NCBI GenBank assembly: GCA_963710605.1
Contig: CAVQBA010000004.1
Location: 1,024,001 to 1,088,000, forward strand
Length of the DNA stretch: 64,000 bases
Origin: an uncultured cyanobacterium
Lineage (GTDB): Bacteria > Cyanobacteriota > Cyanobacteriia > Cyanobacteriales > Cyanobacteriaceae
Direction of reading: 5' to 3'
The notes beneath the pieces were generated by a model. It searched no databases and was not told where the DNA came from. It saw only the letters and a program-made list of their open reading frames with translations. Positions 50,373-61,127 of this stretch are shown piece by piece (the first letter of the stretch is position 1; the number at the start of each line of letters is the position of its first letter). A program made the position numbers and the translations under genes.

Positions 50373-52082
50373 ATGCAAAGTGTTGACTATACAACTTTAA
50401 TCGCAATTTGTAGCTCTTTAAACGATAGTTATGTACCTTCTCGGTTAGAGCAAGTATATCAAATCGATCGTTATACCATTAGTCTGTGTTTACGCACGGT
50501 ACAAAAAAAACACTGGTTAACTATATCTTGGCATCCCCAAGCCGCTAGAATTTGTTTAGGGAATCCTCCTCCTCGTGGTAAGGATACTTTTACTTTTAGT
50601 GAACAACTAAGGCATTTGATTAATGGTTATGCTCTTATTGGTATCAAAATGGTAGGTAATTGGGAGAGAGTCATTGATTTACAATTTTCTGGACGCCCGA
50701 ATGAAGAGCCATTAAATCATCTGTATGTAGAAATTATTGGTAAATATAGTAACGTTATTTTAACTAATGCTGATAATCAAATTATTACTCTCGCGCGTCA
50801 AGTTACGGCGAATAAATCTACTGTACGCACAGTAGAAACATCTCAGATTTATCAGTTACCACCTTCATTAACAGGTAATACACCTAAACTAAAAGAAGAT
50901 CAAGAACAATGGCAAGAAAAAGTTAGTTTGATACCCGGTAGGATCGATAAACAGTTAGTAAAAGCGTATCAAGGTGTAAGTCCTGTTTTAGCCAGAGAAT
51001 TATTACAACAAGCAGAAATTGAATCTACTCGCTCCAATCAAGAATTAAGTGAGCAAGAATGGCAGAAGTTGTATGGTAGCTGGCGTTATTGGTTAGAGAC
51101 GATCGATAAAAAACAATTTTCACCTCATTTAACCGCTCAAGGTTATAACGTAATTAGTCGTCAGCCATCATCACATAATCTACACGAATTAATTAATAAC
51201 TACTATAACCGACAACTTTACCTCGAAAATTTTACTCAGTTAAAACAACAGCTACAACAAAAGATCAAGAATATTTTAGGTAAATTAATCGTTAAGCAAA
51301 ATAAATATCAAGATCGATTAAATGAGTCTGATGATTGCGAAATATATAGTCAAAAAGCTGATATGTTAATCTCTTATTCCCATCAATGGCAACCAGGGAT
51401 GACAGAAATAGAATTACCATGTTTTGATACTCAAGAAAAAATAAAAATACAATTAGCACCCGACAAAAATATGGTGCAAAATGCTCAAAAATTATATAAA
51501 CAGTATCAAAAATTAAAACGAGCGAAAGTAATAGTTCAACCTTTACTCGAAGAAGTAACTGCTGAGATAAACTATTTACAACAAAATGCAACTACTATCA
51601 CTCAGTTAGATTACCAAGAAGCAGATGACTTAACTACCTTGCACGAAATCAAAGCTGAATTAATTAATCAGAAATATATTGAAGATAGTCAATATCGAGG
51701 TTTAAATAATCAATCAGAATCTCAACCTCGTAGTTATCAATCACCTTCAGGTTATCAGGTATTAGTAGGTAGAAATAACCGTCAAAATGATATTCTCTCT
51801 TTTCGTACTGTTACCGACTACGATTTATGGTTTCACGCTCAAGAAATATCAGGCTCTCATGTTTTGTTACGTTTAAATGCCGGTGATGTACCAGACGATC
51901 GAGATTTACAATTTACAGCTGATATTACTGCTTATTATAGTCAAGGTAGAGAAAGTGAACAAGTACCTGTTATTTATACCAAACCCGAATTTGTTTATAA
52001 ACCTAAAGGTGCAAAGCCGGGTATGGTTGTTTATGTTAAAGAAACGGTTATTTGGGGTAAACCTTTAACAGTTAAGAGTTAA
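50373..52082 (+). CDS. rqcH: NFACT/Rqc2 (RqcH, FbpA-like) ribosome quality-control protein
   Basis: WERVIDL, EIIGKYSNVIL, NAQKLYK, GRNNRQND, WFHAQEISGSHV, KGAKPGMVVY. Confidence 0.9.
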   Translation: MQSVDYTTLIAICSSLNDSYVPSRLEQVYQIDRYTISLCLRTVQKKHWLTISWHPQAARICLGNPPPRGKDTFTFSEQLRHLINGYALIGIKMVGNWERVIDLQFSGRPNEEPLNHLYVEIIGKYSNVILTNADNQIITLARQVTANKSTVRTVETSQIYQLPPSLTGNTPKLKEDQEQWQEKVSLIPGRIDKQLVKAYQGVSPVLARELLQQAEIESTRSNQELSEQEWQKLYGSWRYWLETIDKKQFSPHLTAQGYNVISRQPSSHNLHELINNYYNRQLYLENFTQLKQQLQQKIKNILGKLIVKQNKYQDRLNESDDCEIYSQKADMLISYSHQWQPGMTEIELPCFDTQEKIKIQLAPDKNMVQNAQKLYKQYQKLKRAKVIVQPLLEEVTAEINYLQQNATTITQLDYQEADDLTTLHEIKAELINQKYIEDSQYRGLNNQSESQPRSYQSPSGYQVLVGRNNRQNDILSFRTVTDYDLWFHAQEISGSHVLLRLNAGDVPDDRDLQFTADITAYYSQGRESEQVPVIYTKPEFVYKPKGAKPGMVVYVKETVIWGKPLTVKS

Positions 52083-52180
52083 GAGTTAAGAGTTAAGAGT
52101 TACAGTTCCAATATTATCAAAAGAAGAACTAATTTGATTTGAGTTTAATTTATTAAATGGTATCTATTAGCCTTAAATAA

Positions 52181-52341
52181 TATAGTTGTTTCAAATAAAA
52201 ATGAGACACGAGTGATGAATCTAAATTTCAGTTTAATTTATTAAACGAACAGGATATTAGCCTTGCACGATAGTTCAAGGCGGTTTTAATACTTTGGTTT
52301 CAGTATTGTTCTTACTGTCTTAATCTTAATTGAAATGACTA
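52181..52341. mobile_element. MITE-like element with imperfect TIRs
   Basis: TATAGTTGTTTCAAATAAAAATGAGACA versus the reverse complement of the right end, TCTAGTCATTTCAATTAAGATTAAGACA. Confidence 0.5.
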
Positions 52342-52373
52342 GAATTCAAGGCTAGGAAAATAATTATTTATTA

Positions 52374-52845
52374 TTAATTAAATAACAAAGCATCGAATCG
52401 AATATGCACCTGCACCCCATGTGATCAATATCATCAAAACTAAGATATAAATAAAAGCTTTCTCTTGAGAGGGTGGCTCACCTTTTCCATTTGGTCCATC
52501 ATACTCTCCTTTTGGTATCAAATAAGGATCGTCGGCTACAAAAGGTAAGTTTTGAGTAATTTCTAAAACCAAGGCAAATACCATTGAGCCTAATAAAGAA
52601 ATACTAACTAAAGGAGTTAGAAAACCAACAATTAGTAAAAAGCCGCCGAAAAACATTGATACAGCCGATAAAAAACATAAATAAATTGGCATTTTTAATG
52701 CTTGCGACCATTGTTGTAGATGAGTTATTTTAGGATAGCCATGTAAAACAAATAAAATTCCGAAGCCGACTCTTAAAGCGAATAAAGTCCAACCTTGAAT
52801 TCCATCGGGAAAGTTAAGATAAAATAAATTTAAAAACTCGACCAT
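52374..52845 (-). CDS. DoxX family membrane protein (probable 1-nt insertion at 52396-52397)
   Basis: LRVGFGILFVLHGYPK; removing one A restores GAGAYSIDALLFN*. Confidence 0.88.
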
Positions 52846-52999
52846 TAATAATAATTTAGTTATTTTAATAAACTGTTACAATCTTACCAGAAATTTTATT
52901 TCAAAGAACACAGAACAATTAACCATTAACCATTAACCATTAATTTTATAATAATCTTGCCTCAAACCCTTAAACAAAATAGTTAAAACAATTATTGAT

Positions 53000-53068
53000 T
53001 TACTTCTTACTCCTTACTCCTTACTTGTTACTCCTTACTTGTTACTTCTTACTCCTTACTCCTTACTT
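53000..53068. repeat. STRR-like heptamer array (TTACTCC/TTACTTG/TTACTTC)
   Basis: Directly visible; other heptamer arrays at 35275-35300, 41110-41140, 44800-44836, 52070-52101, 52919-52942. Confidence 0.85.
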
Positions 53069-53080
53069 AATCCCTAACAT

Positions 53081-54640
53081 CTAATCTTTACTAACTAAAT
53101 GATGAGGTGCAATTTGAAATTGATTACGACCTAATTTTTTAGCTAAATACAATGCTTTATCAGCTTGCTCAACTAATATTTTAGGTGATTGGTTAATATC
53201 AGGAGTCAAACCACTAATACCGATACTGACAGTAATACAAGATTTAACTGATGAAGTGAGATGAGATATTTGTAAATTATCAATATTGCGTTGTATTCTT
53301 TTTGCTACTGTTATCGCACCTTTAATGTCAGTATTAGGTAATAAAATAGTAAATTCTTCTCCGCCATAACGAGTCACTAAATCAGACGATCGCATACATG
53401 AAATAGTAAAAGCTTGAGCAATTTCAATTAAACATTGATCACCTTGCTGATGACCATAGGTATCATTATATAATTTGAAATAATCAACATCAATTAATAG
53501 TAAACACAACTGCTTTTTCGATCGATAAAGTCTTGTCCATTCTTTAGCTAACTGTTGATCAAAACAACGACGATTAGCAATTTTAGTCAACCCATCAGTA
53601 TTAACCATCTGAGCTAAACTATGGTTAAGTTGTTCTAAATCTATTTGAGTTTGTTGTAATTGTTTTGTTCTTTCAAAAACTTTACTCTCTACTGTTTCTA
53701 ATGTTTCTTTTAATGACAATTGAGTTTGTTCTTTTTCACTTAATATAGCTGTCAAAATCAAGGTAGTAATTGATAAAATGGCGATAAAAGATTGTAAAAA
53801 CAACAAAGATTCATCAACTGTCTTTTGATTGATAAAAACGCCGTAGCCGTTACTTGTATTAATTATTATACTTAAAGCGATAATAACGACAAGCAAACTA
53901 GAATAAAAACGAGAAAGACGAAATACACCCCAAATCAAAACCGCTAACAACAGATATTCAACCGACCATGATAACCAAAAAATGAAAATATCAACAAAAT
54001 AAACCAAAAAGCCAACTAGTATTATTTCCGCAAAACTAGCTGTAATTTTCAGAATATCTTTCTCACGATAAATGAGCCAACAAGGAGTAAAAATTAAATG
54101 GGCTACCGCACTAGCTAACCACCATCTAGAAATAAAAATAATAGTTTGGGAAAAGTCAATAACTTCTACATACCATAAAACTATCACACCAACTACAGCA
54201 CAAATAAGAGGTGAAAATATCGCCGCTACGATAAACACCCATACCGAATCAAGATTGGTAAAAATGTTAGTATATCTAGCGTATTTTTGTAGTAAATATA
54301 AACTTATTAAAGGTTGCAAACAATTAACCACAGCATAGACAACACAAATTAGGAAATAAGTCAACAACGATAATGAAGGTTCTGTCTTATTTAAATAGGG
54401 TATTATGCTGATTATAGAAGCGATCGTTATGCCGACCAAAACTTGATTTTGATAGATAATTACCATCACTAAACTAACGGCAGAAGCAAACCAGACTGAA
54501 GGTATATCATCAGGTAAAGTAGTTAATTGAAAACTTAACTCAACAGCTATCAAATATAAAACCGCCATTAAGATATTTAATATTATCCAGCGAGTTAATC
54601 CCTTGTTATTGTGCTGTGCAGAAGATAATATTTTAATCAA
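53081..54640 (-). CDS. MASE1-GGDEF diguanylate cyclase
   Basis: Multi-TM N-terminus (PSVWFASA, WWLASA), DGLTKIANRR, RSSD I-site, RYGGEEF. Confidence 0.9.
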   Translation of the reverse strand: MIKILSSAQHNNKGLTRWIILNILMAVLYLIAVELSFQLTTLPDDIPSVWFASAVSLVMVIIYQNQVLVGITIASIISIIPYLNKTEPSLSLLTYFLICVVYAVVNCLQPLISLYLLQKYARYTNIFTNLDSVWVFIVAAIFSPLICAVVGVIVLWYVEVIDFSQTIIFISRWWLASAVAHLIFTPCWLIYREKDILKITASFAEIILVGFLVYFVDIFIFWLSWSVEYLLLAVLIWGVFRLSRFYSSLLVVIIALSIIINTSNGYGVFINQKTVDESLLFLQSFIAILSITTLILTAILSEKEQTQLSLKETLETVESKVFERTKQLQQTQIDLEQLNHSLAQMVNTDGLTKIANRRCFDQQLAKEWTRLYRSKKQLCLLLIDVDYFKLYNDTYGHQQGDQCLIEIAQAFTISCMRSSDLVTRYGGEEFTILLPNTDIKGAITVAKRIQRNIDNLQISHLTSSVKSCITVSIGISGLTPDINQSPKILVEQADKALYLAKKLGRNQFQIAPHHLVSKD

Positions 54641-54809
54641 TTAACTAAATTTATGATGGTGATTATGAAAGTGTGAATAGTACACTAAAAAATATTATAA
54701 TACTTACTCACTCCGAATTAATCAGCAATAAGTTCTATTTAGATCGGATGATTAAGTTAATTCAAACTGAAATAATTCAACTATACTCATTAAGAAAAAA
54801 ATAGTTTAC

Positions 54810-55601
54810 TTATATTTTGTTTTCCAAATGAGACCATTGATTTTGCTCAAGAAACTGCTCAAACGATTCAGGCTCAGTTAAAAACCAAATTAAAATCCCG
54901 ACTAAAAACAACGCACCTAAAGCCAAGATACCAGAAATAAAATTAGGAATTAGGTTAAATTGATTGGCTGTTACTTTTTTTATTTTCTGTTTAGTAACAG
55001 TTTTATTACTAGTTTTTAGTATTTGATTTTTTTGTGGTTTGGCTACCATCTCGATTGAAGGATTAATCGATTGAGTTGTTGGATTTAAATTAGAATTAGT
55101 GAGTTGCTCGATTGTTTCAATGACTACAGTTGGTTTTTGTTGTGTTCTCAACCAGAGATTAAATTGAGCTAAAGTAAGAGTAATTAAGTTTTGAGTTTGA
55201 GTTTGAGCAAGGTTAGTTCGTAGATTTTGATTGTTAGTAACTAAAATAATTAGTTTTAAAGGAAGTTGAAGACTTAAATCATATACTGATTGAGCAATAC
55301 AATATTGTAATCGAGCTTTTTTGCTCAAGTTTTCTCCTTCAGCACGAACAAAAGTTTGGTGAGATGATAAACCTTTGTGTATCTGCCAATGAGAATTAGG
55401 AAAAAAACGCATAAATTCTCGTGCCGCTTTTTCTTCTTCAGGTAACACAGCCCGATTAGTTAAAAACTCTAACTCAGTTAAAGCTATTTGAGGTAGATAT
55501 GTTTCACCAAGACGATGATATTGACTCCAATCTTTTTCTTGATGGTTTAAAATTGTGCTTGGTTCAAAAACTAAGACGATCGTAATGTTATACTCAGACA
55601 T
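54810..55601 (-). CDS. PIN-like domain protein with a C-terminal TM helix
   Basis: LPQIALTELEFL, AAREFMRFFPNSHW, ILVTNNQNLR; acidic catalytic residues look degenerate. Confidence 0.65.
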   Translation of the reverse strand: MSEYNITIVLVFEPSTILNHQEKDWSQYHRLGETYLPQIALTELEFLTNRAVLPEEEKAAREFMRFFPNSHWQIHKGLSSHQTFVRAEGENLSKKARLQYCIAQSVYDLSLQLPLKLIILVTNNQNLRTNLAQTQTQNLITLTLAQFNLWLRTQQKPTVVIETIEQLTNSNLNPTTQSINPSIEMVAKPQKNQILKTSNKTVTKQKIKKVTANQFNLIPNFISGILALGALFLVGILIWFLTEPESFEQFLEQNQWSHLENKI

Positions 55602-56100
55602 GATAGTTAGTTAGTTTTCACGGGTAAAAATTAATTTTCAATCATGATTGATATATGATCATTAGAATCTTTTTTTTCTTTTTCGATGAAGATATTCAGC
55701 GTCTTAAATTTCCCACAAAATTAAGCTAATTTCTGTTTAATTCGCAATCAAAAGAGGTAAAATTAATTTATATTGTATCGTAAACAATTAATAATGACTT
55801 GTACTTTGTGTAGTTAAAATAATTGTTGACTAGATTAATTATAAATCATCTTTAGTTAACCTCCCCAGATTAATTGAGAGTATCATAATTATCTTTATTA
55901 GAGAAAGTACGATCGTATCCTATCAAAACTTTCAATATTTTTAGCGAGAATCTCACAGGCAAAAAAAATAGTGACGACATTTATCGCACGAAAACAATTG
56001 AGAGTGTAATTATTGACGAATATTTATATTCAGCTATATTTTATATATTATCATCATTATTATTGTTATTATTATTAACTTTGAAGCATTTAATTAAATA

Positions 56101-56739
56101 ATGTCTATTAATACTTTATCAACAAAAAATCTTGAATCATTAGCAGTAGTTTCTCGTATTGCATCTGTTTCTCGTACCACCAAAGAAACCGAAATTAATG
56201 TGACGGTTAATCTTGATGGAGAAGGAAAATGTAATGTTAATACGGGTGTTCCGTTCCTTGATCATATGTTACATCAACTATGTTCTCATGGTTTACTTGA
56301 TTTAGATATTCAAGCCACTGGAGACATTGAAATTGATGATCATCACACTAACGAAGATGTTGGTATTACCTTAGGAATGGCGATCGCTAAAGCTATTGGT
56401 AATCGCAAAGGAATCAATCGTTTTGGTCACTTTGTCGCTCCTTTAGATGAAGCTTTAATCCAAATTGCCCTTGATTTTTCTGGTCGTCCTCATTTAACCT
56501 ATGGTTTAGATATTCCGACTCAACGGGTAGGTAACTACGATACTCAGTTAGTGAGAGAGTTTTTTGTGGCGTTAGTTAATCATAGTCAAATTACTCTACA
56601 TATCCGTCAATTAGATGGCTTAAATTCCCATCATATTATTGAAGCTACCTTTAAAGCTTTTGCTAGAGCGATGCGTATGGCTTTGGAAATTGATTCTCGT
56701 CGTATTCACGAAATACCTAGTTCTAAGGGAGTTTTATAA
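56101..56739 (+). CDS. hisB: Imidazoleglycerol-phosphate dehydratase
   Basis: [37 protein letters not shown]. Confidence 0.98.
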   Translation: MSINTLSTKNLESLAVVSRIASVSRTTKETEINVTVNLDGEGKCNVNTGVPFLDHMLHQLCSHGLLDLDIQATGDIEIDDHHTNEDVGITLGMAIAKAIGNRKGINRFGHFVAPLDEALIQIALDFSGRPHLTYGLDIPTQRVGNYDTQLVREFFVALVNHSQITLHIRQLDGLNSHHIIEATFKAFARAMRMALEIDSRRIHEIPSSKGVL

Positions 56740-56835
56740 TCTTTGATATTTAATAATCGATATCTATTAATTTAAAGTTAATATTTATTATTTGTTATTT
56801 ATTCATTATTAATTATTAATCACTAATTATTTTTT

Positions 56836-57897
56836 ATGTCTAATTCTAAATGTTTGTTAATCGCCTCTAGTGAGCCATATACAGGTAAATCAGCTACAAT
56901 TTTAGGAATTGCTCATCAGTTACAAAAAAAAGGAATTCAGTTAGGTTATGGTAAACCCATTGGTACTTATTTTAAAGCTGATGATACGATTCAAGATGAG
57001 CAAGATTTAAATTTTATTTCCCAAATTTTAGATTTACCTTCTACACGAGCAAAAGCACCTTTATTATTATTAAATGAAAAAACAATAATCGATGCACTAG
57101 CTCAAGAAACTAATTATCAGAGTCAATTGAAAGAATATTTTAATTCGATCGAAGGTGATTTAATTTTGTTAGAAGGAGGTGGTACTTTAACTCAAGGAAA
57201 TTTATTTCATCTTAGTGTACCTGAAATTGCTGAGCAATTAGATATACCTGTTTTATTAGTGGTTAAGTATGAGTCTTTACTAATTATCGGTCAAATTCTC
57301 CACGCTAAACAACTTTTAGGCGATCGTCTTACAGGTGTCTTAATTAATAATGTACCAACAGATAGTCTAGATACGATCGAAAATAATATTAAGCCTTTTA
57401 TGAAGAAAAAAGGGATCGATATTTTGGGTGTGATGCCAACTGATAGATTATTGCAAAGTGTCAGTGTACGTGAATTAGCTTCTCAACTTAACGCTGATAT
57501 ATTGTGTCGTGAAGATAGATTAGATTTAATGGTAGAAAGTCTGACAGTAGGAGCGATGAATGTCAACTCAGCATTAGAATATTTCCGTCGTGGTACAAAT
57601 ATGGCGGTAGTAACAGGAAGCGATCGTACCGATTTACAATTAGCGGCTTTAGAAAGCTCAACTAACTGCTTAATTTTGACAGGACATACTCCACCTCAAG
57701 AATTGATTTTAGCCCGTGCTAAAGATCTAGAAATACCTATTCTCAGCGTTAATATTGATACTTTAAGTACTGTAGAAATCGTTGATAAAGCTTTTGGTAC
57801 TGTGAGATTACACGAAACAATTAAAGTAGAATGTGTGCAAAATTTGATTGAAGAACATTTTCAAATCGATCGGCTTTTAGAAAAAATTAACTCTTAG
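56836..57897 (+). CDS. Phosphotransacetylase N-terminal (BioD-like plus DRTGG) family protein
   Basis: PYTGKSA, YGKPIG, LLEGG, VGAM, VVTGSDRTD. Confidence 0.88.
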   Translation: MSNSKCLLIASSEPYTGKSATILGIAHQLQKKGIQLGYGKPIGTYFKADDTIQDEQDLNFISQILDLPSTRAKAPLLLLNEKTIIDALAQETNYQSQLKEYFNSIEGDLILLEGGGTLTQGNLFHLSVPEIAEQLDIPVLLVVKYESLLIIGQILHAKQLLGDRLTGVLINNVPTDSLDTIENNIKPFMKKKGIDILGVMPTDRLLQSVSVRELASQLNADILCREDRLDLMVESLTVGAMNVNSALEYFRRGTNMAVVTGSDRTDLQLAALESSTNCLILTGHTPPQELILARAKDLEIPILSVNIDTLSTVEIVDKAFGTVRLHETIKVECVQNLIEEHFQIDRLLEKINS

Positions 57898-57910
57898 CAT
57901 TAATTTGTAA

Positions 57911-58085
57911 ATACAGCAATTAACTAATTAATTTATAATTTGTAACCACTCCTAACCCCTCCTTAACCCCATCTCTCTCTGCCTTTTGGCATCTCCCCTA
58001 TCCCCCCAAACGTCCCCAGAAAAAAAGGGGACAAAAGACTGGGGAATTCAATTTAGATGTCCTAACTACAGACGTTAACTGCTAT
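57911..58085. mobile_element. MITE-like element with C-rich/G-rich core
   Basis: TACAGCAATTAAC / GTTAACTGCTATA termini; core TCCCCTATCCCCCC...GTCCCC-N-GGGGAC. Confidence 0.45.
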
Positions 58086-58313
58086 ATAAGTAGTTGGGTT
58101 AAAATCACAAAACCTAAGGATTCCAACTTAAGTAATAAGATAAAATTAGACCAAAATGGTTTGAGAACAGTTTTTTTTGTTTTCAGTTGCGATATATTTT
58201 GAAATTAGCCCTTGCTTTTGCTTTAAATTTTTAATTTTGATTTCTAAGTTCAAGAAAATGCTAGTATATTTTTAAATTAAACGAAATCTTTATATTTTAT
58301 CAATATTTTATTT

Positions 58314-58892
58314 ATGTTGAATACACTTAATATTAGTAAGTTTTTAAGTATTGTTGTAGCTGTGTCTAGTATTTCATTACCTTGTTTAGCACAGTCGTCA
58401 CCGACGATGATTATTAGTCAAAGTACTGATGATGACACGATTAATGAAGAAATTGAAAATACTGTAACACCAGTCAATCAAACAGAAAGTTTGTTAAGTA
58501 TTGAAGGCGGGAAAAAACTAATGTCAGAAGCGACTGAAGCGATCGCACAAGAAAATTATGACTTAGCCTCAACTAAATTGCAACAAGCAAGAAAAATCTT
58601 TAATCAGCTATCTAATTTTTATGTGCAGTTAGGACAAAGTTTTTCGGGGATAGATAATAGACTAGCTGAAGGGCAAAGAGTTGATGCGTTAGAAACTGCA
58701 AGTCTTAGAGATGAAGCTACTTATCAGCTTGCTTTAGTACATAGGGCACAAAATAAACCAGAATTATCTGTACCTCTTTTAATTCAAATTATTCGTTCTC
58801 AAAATCCGACTAGTGAATTAGGCAAAAAATCTTATCAACAATTGTACGAAATTGGTTTTGTGAATAATCCTTTTGAAAGTGCCAATAATTAG
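58314..58892 (+). CDS. Secreted helical (TPR-like) conserved hypothetical protein
   Basis: Signal peptide; FNQLSNFY, RDEATYQLALVHRAQNKPELSVPLLIQIIRSQNP. Confidence 0.78.
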   Translation: MLNTLNISKFLSIVVAVSSISLPCLAQSSPTMIISQSTDDDTINEEIENTVTPVNQTESLLSIEGGKKLMSEATEAIAQENYDLASTKLQQARKIFNQLSNFYVQLGQSFSGIDNRLAEGQRVDALETASLRDEATYQLALVHRAQNKPELSVPLLIQIIRSQNPTSELGKKSYQQLYEIGFVNNPFESANN

Positions 58893-59168
58893 TAAACAAA
58901 AAGGTAAATTATTATAAAATAAGTTATTCGATGGGTGAAAGTAATTTTTGTTTTTAAAGTATTTAAATGATTGATAATTTTAGATTTATTTAATTATGTT
59001 ATTACTACTAAATAATTAAACAAATTGTTAGTAACCTGTTGTGATTTAAAAAAGCAAAAAATTGGAAACAAACTGATTATCTGCTTCCAAATTTAGTTGC
59101 TTAATTTCAGCAATAGATAAAAACGATCGCTAACTATGTCTTTGATTTATTCAAAGATAAACTAACTT

Positions 59169-60971
59169 TTAATAAGGTTTGGCTGGTAAATTTAAACCAC
59201 GATCGCGTAAATACTCACCTGTTTCACGAGAAGGATTGTAGTTATAACCAAAACCACTATTAGCATCACTATCATTAAGTATTTGAGGAGTAAGAATAAT
59301 GACAACTTCTGAGCGATCACGAGAAGTAGATGTGGAACGAAACAAACTCCCAATTAAAGGTAAATCACCTAAGATAGGAACTTTAGAAACTTGTGTTCTT
59401 TCATTGTCACTAATAATTCCAGAGAGAATTAAAGTTTGTCCATCTCGTAAACGAATTAAACCAGAAGTAACATTTCGCTCAACTAATGGTTGAATAAAGT
59501 TAATCGCTCCACCACTATCAAATTGTTGTCTATCACCAGGAAAAGTAACAGAAGGATTAACATTCAAACTAACAAAACCATTATCGTCAATTTTACTAAC
59601 GGCTAAATTAAGAATTAAACCAGCAGGTTCAATTTCAGGAGTAATAGTTCTCACACCACTCTCTACGTCAACTTCAGTTGTAATGCTAGTAACAACATTT
59701 TCAACTAATTCAACAGAGCCAACTTGACCTTCTTGAACAACTAAGGTAGGGTCAGTAAGTATTTTGGCATTTCCCGAACTAACATTAGCCCTGATTTGAG
59801 CGAGGAAAGCATTGGGTACATTAAAGTTTAAATTACCCGTAGTGTTAACATCACGTTGAAGAGCACCTGGCTGTGCGGCATCTAATACATCAACACCAGA
59901 AGGTGATACTTGACCTGAATCAGGGATAATCGAATTTATATTTCCATTATTAGTACCGAAGTTAATAACTCCAATCCCACCATCTTGAACAACACCAGTA
60001 TCGTCGATTCCAAAAGAAAAACTACTTCCAAAACTTTCATTTTGATCTAAGTTGATATCAACAACTTTAACATTCACCGCTACTTGACGACGACGAACAT
60101 CTAATTGGGTGAGAAAAGACGTAGCAGTTTGAATTAAGTGAGCTTCGCCAACTAATGTGATCGTATCATTAAGAGGATCAGCATGAACGGTTAAACCTTC
60201 TAATACCAAGTATTCGTTATCTTTAGGCGCACTATCTAAAGGCTTAACAGTGAATGTTCTTCTTCCTGTTTCTTCATCATCTTCGACTTCAACAATATTA
60301 CCTTTTGCCCCTTGGCTATTAAGGAATGTTGCCGCACCGATCGCACTATACTGATTTAAACGAATACTACGGGTAATTGTGCTTTTGACTGTAGGTGGTA
60401 ATTTATTACCAACAAAAACTGTGTTACCTTGACGATTAGCTTTTAATCCAGAAATCAATAAAACGCTATCAAAGACATCTTGTATTGGTTCGTTTTCTAA
60501 ATCTAAAGAAACTGTCGCATTAGTTTGACCTTCAACATTTGATTCAGTGAAAATAATATTTAAACCTGCCGCTCTAGTTAGTAAAGCTAAAACTTCAGTC
60601 GCAGGTGCATCCCGTAATACTAAACGAGGTACTAAGGCTGTTGTGCCTAAATTAATTGTCGGTACATTGTTACCAACATTAGAAACCGACATATCGCCTA
60701 CAGGTGGTGCAACCGCACGAGGGATAAAAGGTGGTGGTGTTTGTTGTCCACTAATGGGTTTACCATCTATTTTGAGGGTTGGATTAGGGATTAAAACATC
60801 TTGTTCTTGTTGAGCAAACATTTGAGCGATCGTCAACGGGGTTTCTTTTAGTTTAATTTTTGATTCAATCGTACTAGAGCCAGCGATTGCGATCGATTGC
60901 CAAGAAAGCAAAGCGACACTTGTAGCACTAAAAAATTTGATTTGATTTTGATTAAGAGAAAATTTAATCAT
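59169..60971 (-). CDS. pilQ: Type IV pilus secretin PilQ
   Basis: LDVRRRQVAVNVKVVD, AKILTDPTL, IRLRDGQTLILSG, KVPILGDLPLIGSLFR; last gene of pilMNOQ; ATG at 60971 with a GGAG RBS. Confidence 0.93.
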   Translation of the reverse strand: MIKFSLNQNQIKFFSATSVALLSWQSIAIAGSSTIESKIKLKETPLTIAQMFAQQEQDVLIPNPTLKIDGKPISGQQTPPPFIPRAVAPPVGDMSVSNVGNNVPTINLGTTALVPRLVLRDAPATEVLALLTRAAGLNIIFTESNVEGQTNATVSLDLENEPIQDVFDSVLLISGLKANRQGNTVFVGNKLPPTVKSTITRSIRLNQYSAIGAATFLNSQGAKGNIVEVEDDEETGRRTFTVKPLDSAPKDNEYLVLEGLTVHADPLNDTITLVGEAHLIQTATSFLTQLDVRRRQVAVNVKVVDINLDQNESFGSSFSFGIDDTGVVQDGGIGVINFGTNNGNINSIIPDSGQVSPSGVDVLDAAQPGALQRDVNTTGNLNFNVPNAFLAQIRANVSSGNAKILTDPTLVVQEGQVGSVELVENVVTSITTEVDVESGVRTITPEIEPAGLILNLAVSKIDDNGFVSLNVNPSVTFPGDRQQFDSGGAINFIQPLVERNVTSGLIRLRDGQTLILSGIISDNERTQVSKVPILGDLPLIGSLFRSTSTSRDRSEVVIILTPQILNDSDANSGFGYNYNPSRETGEYLRDRGLNLPAKPY

Positions 60972-61127
60972 TTGTTTAACTCCTTCACACAAATAATAAA
61001 AAACAAAGTTTGTCAACGAAAATAAATAATTACGACTTCGGTCAGATATTCAATTAACTATATAATCAAACAAGTGAAATCTTGATAAAAATAAAATTTG
61101 AGTCTAAGTCAAATTAAATAATTACGA

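Noticed and set aside
5006-60813. Short antisense or alternative-frame ORFs inside long genes (e.g. 5006, 8241, 13733, 14498, 17601, 18758, 24942, 32294, 32533, 45006, 46770, 47868, 51292, 54072, 59299, 60547)
   Set aside because: They overlap well-supported genes and have no recognisable motifs.
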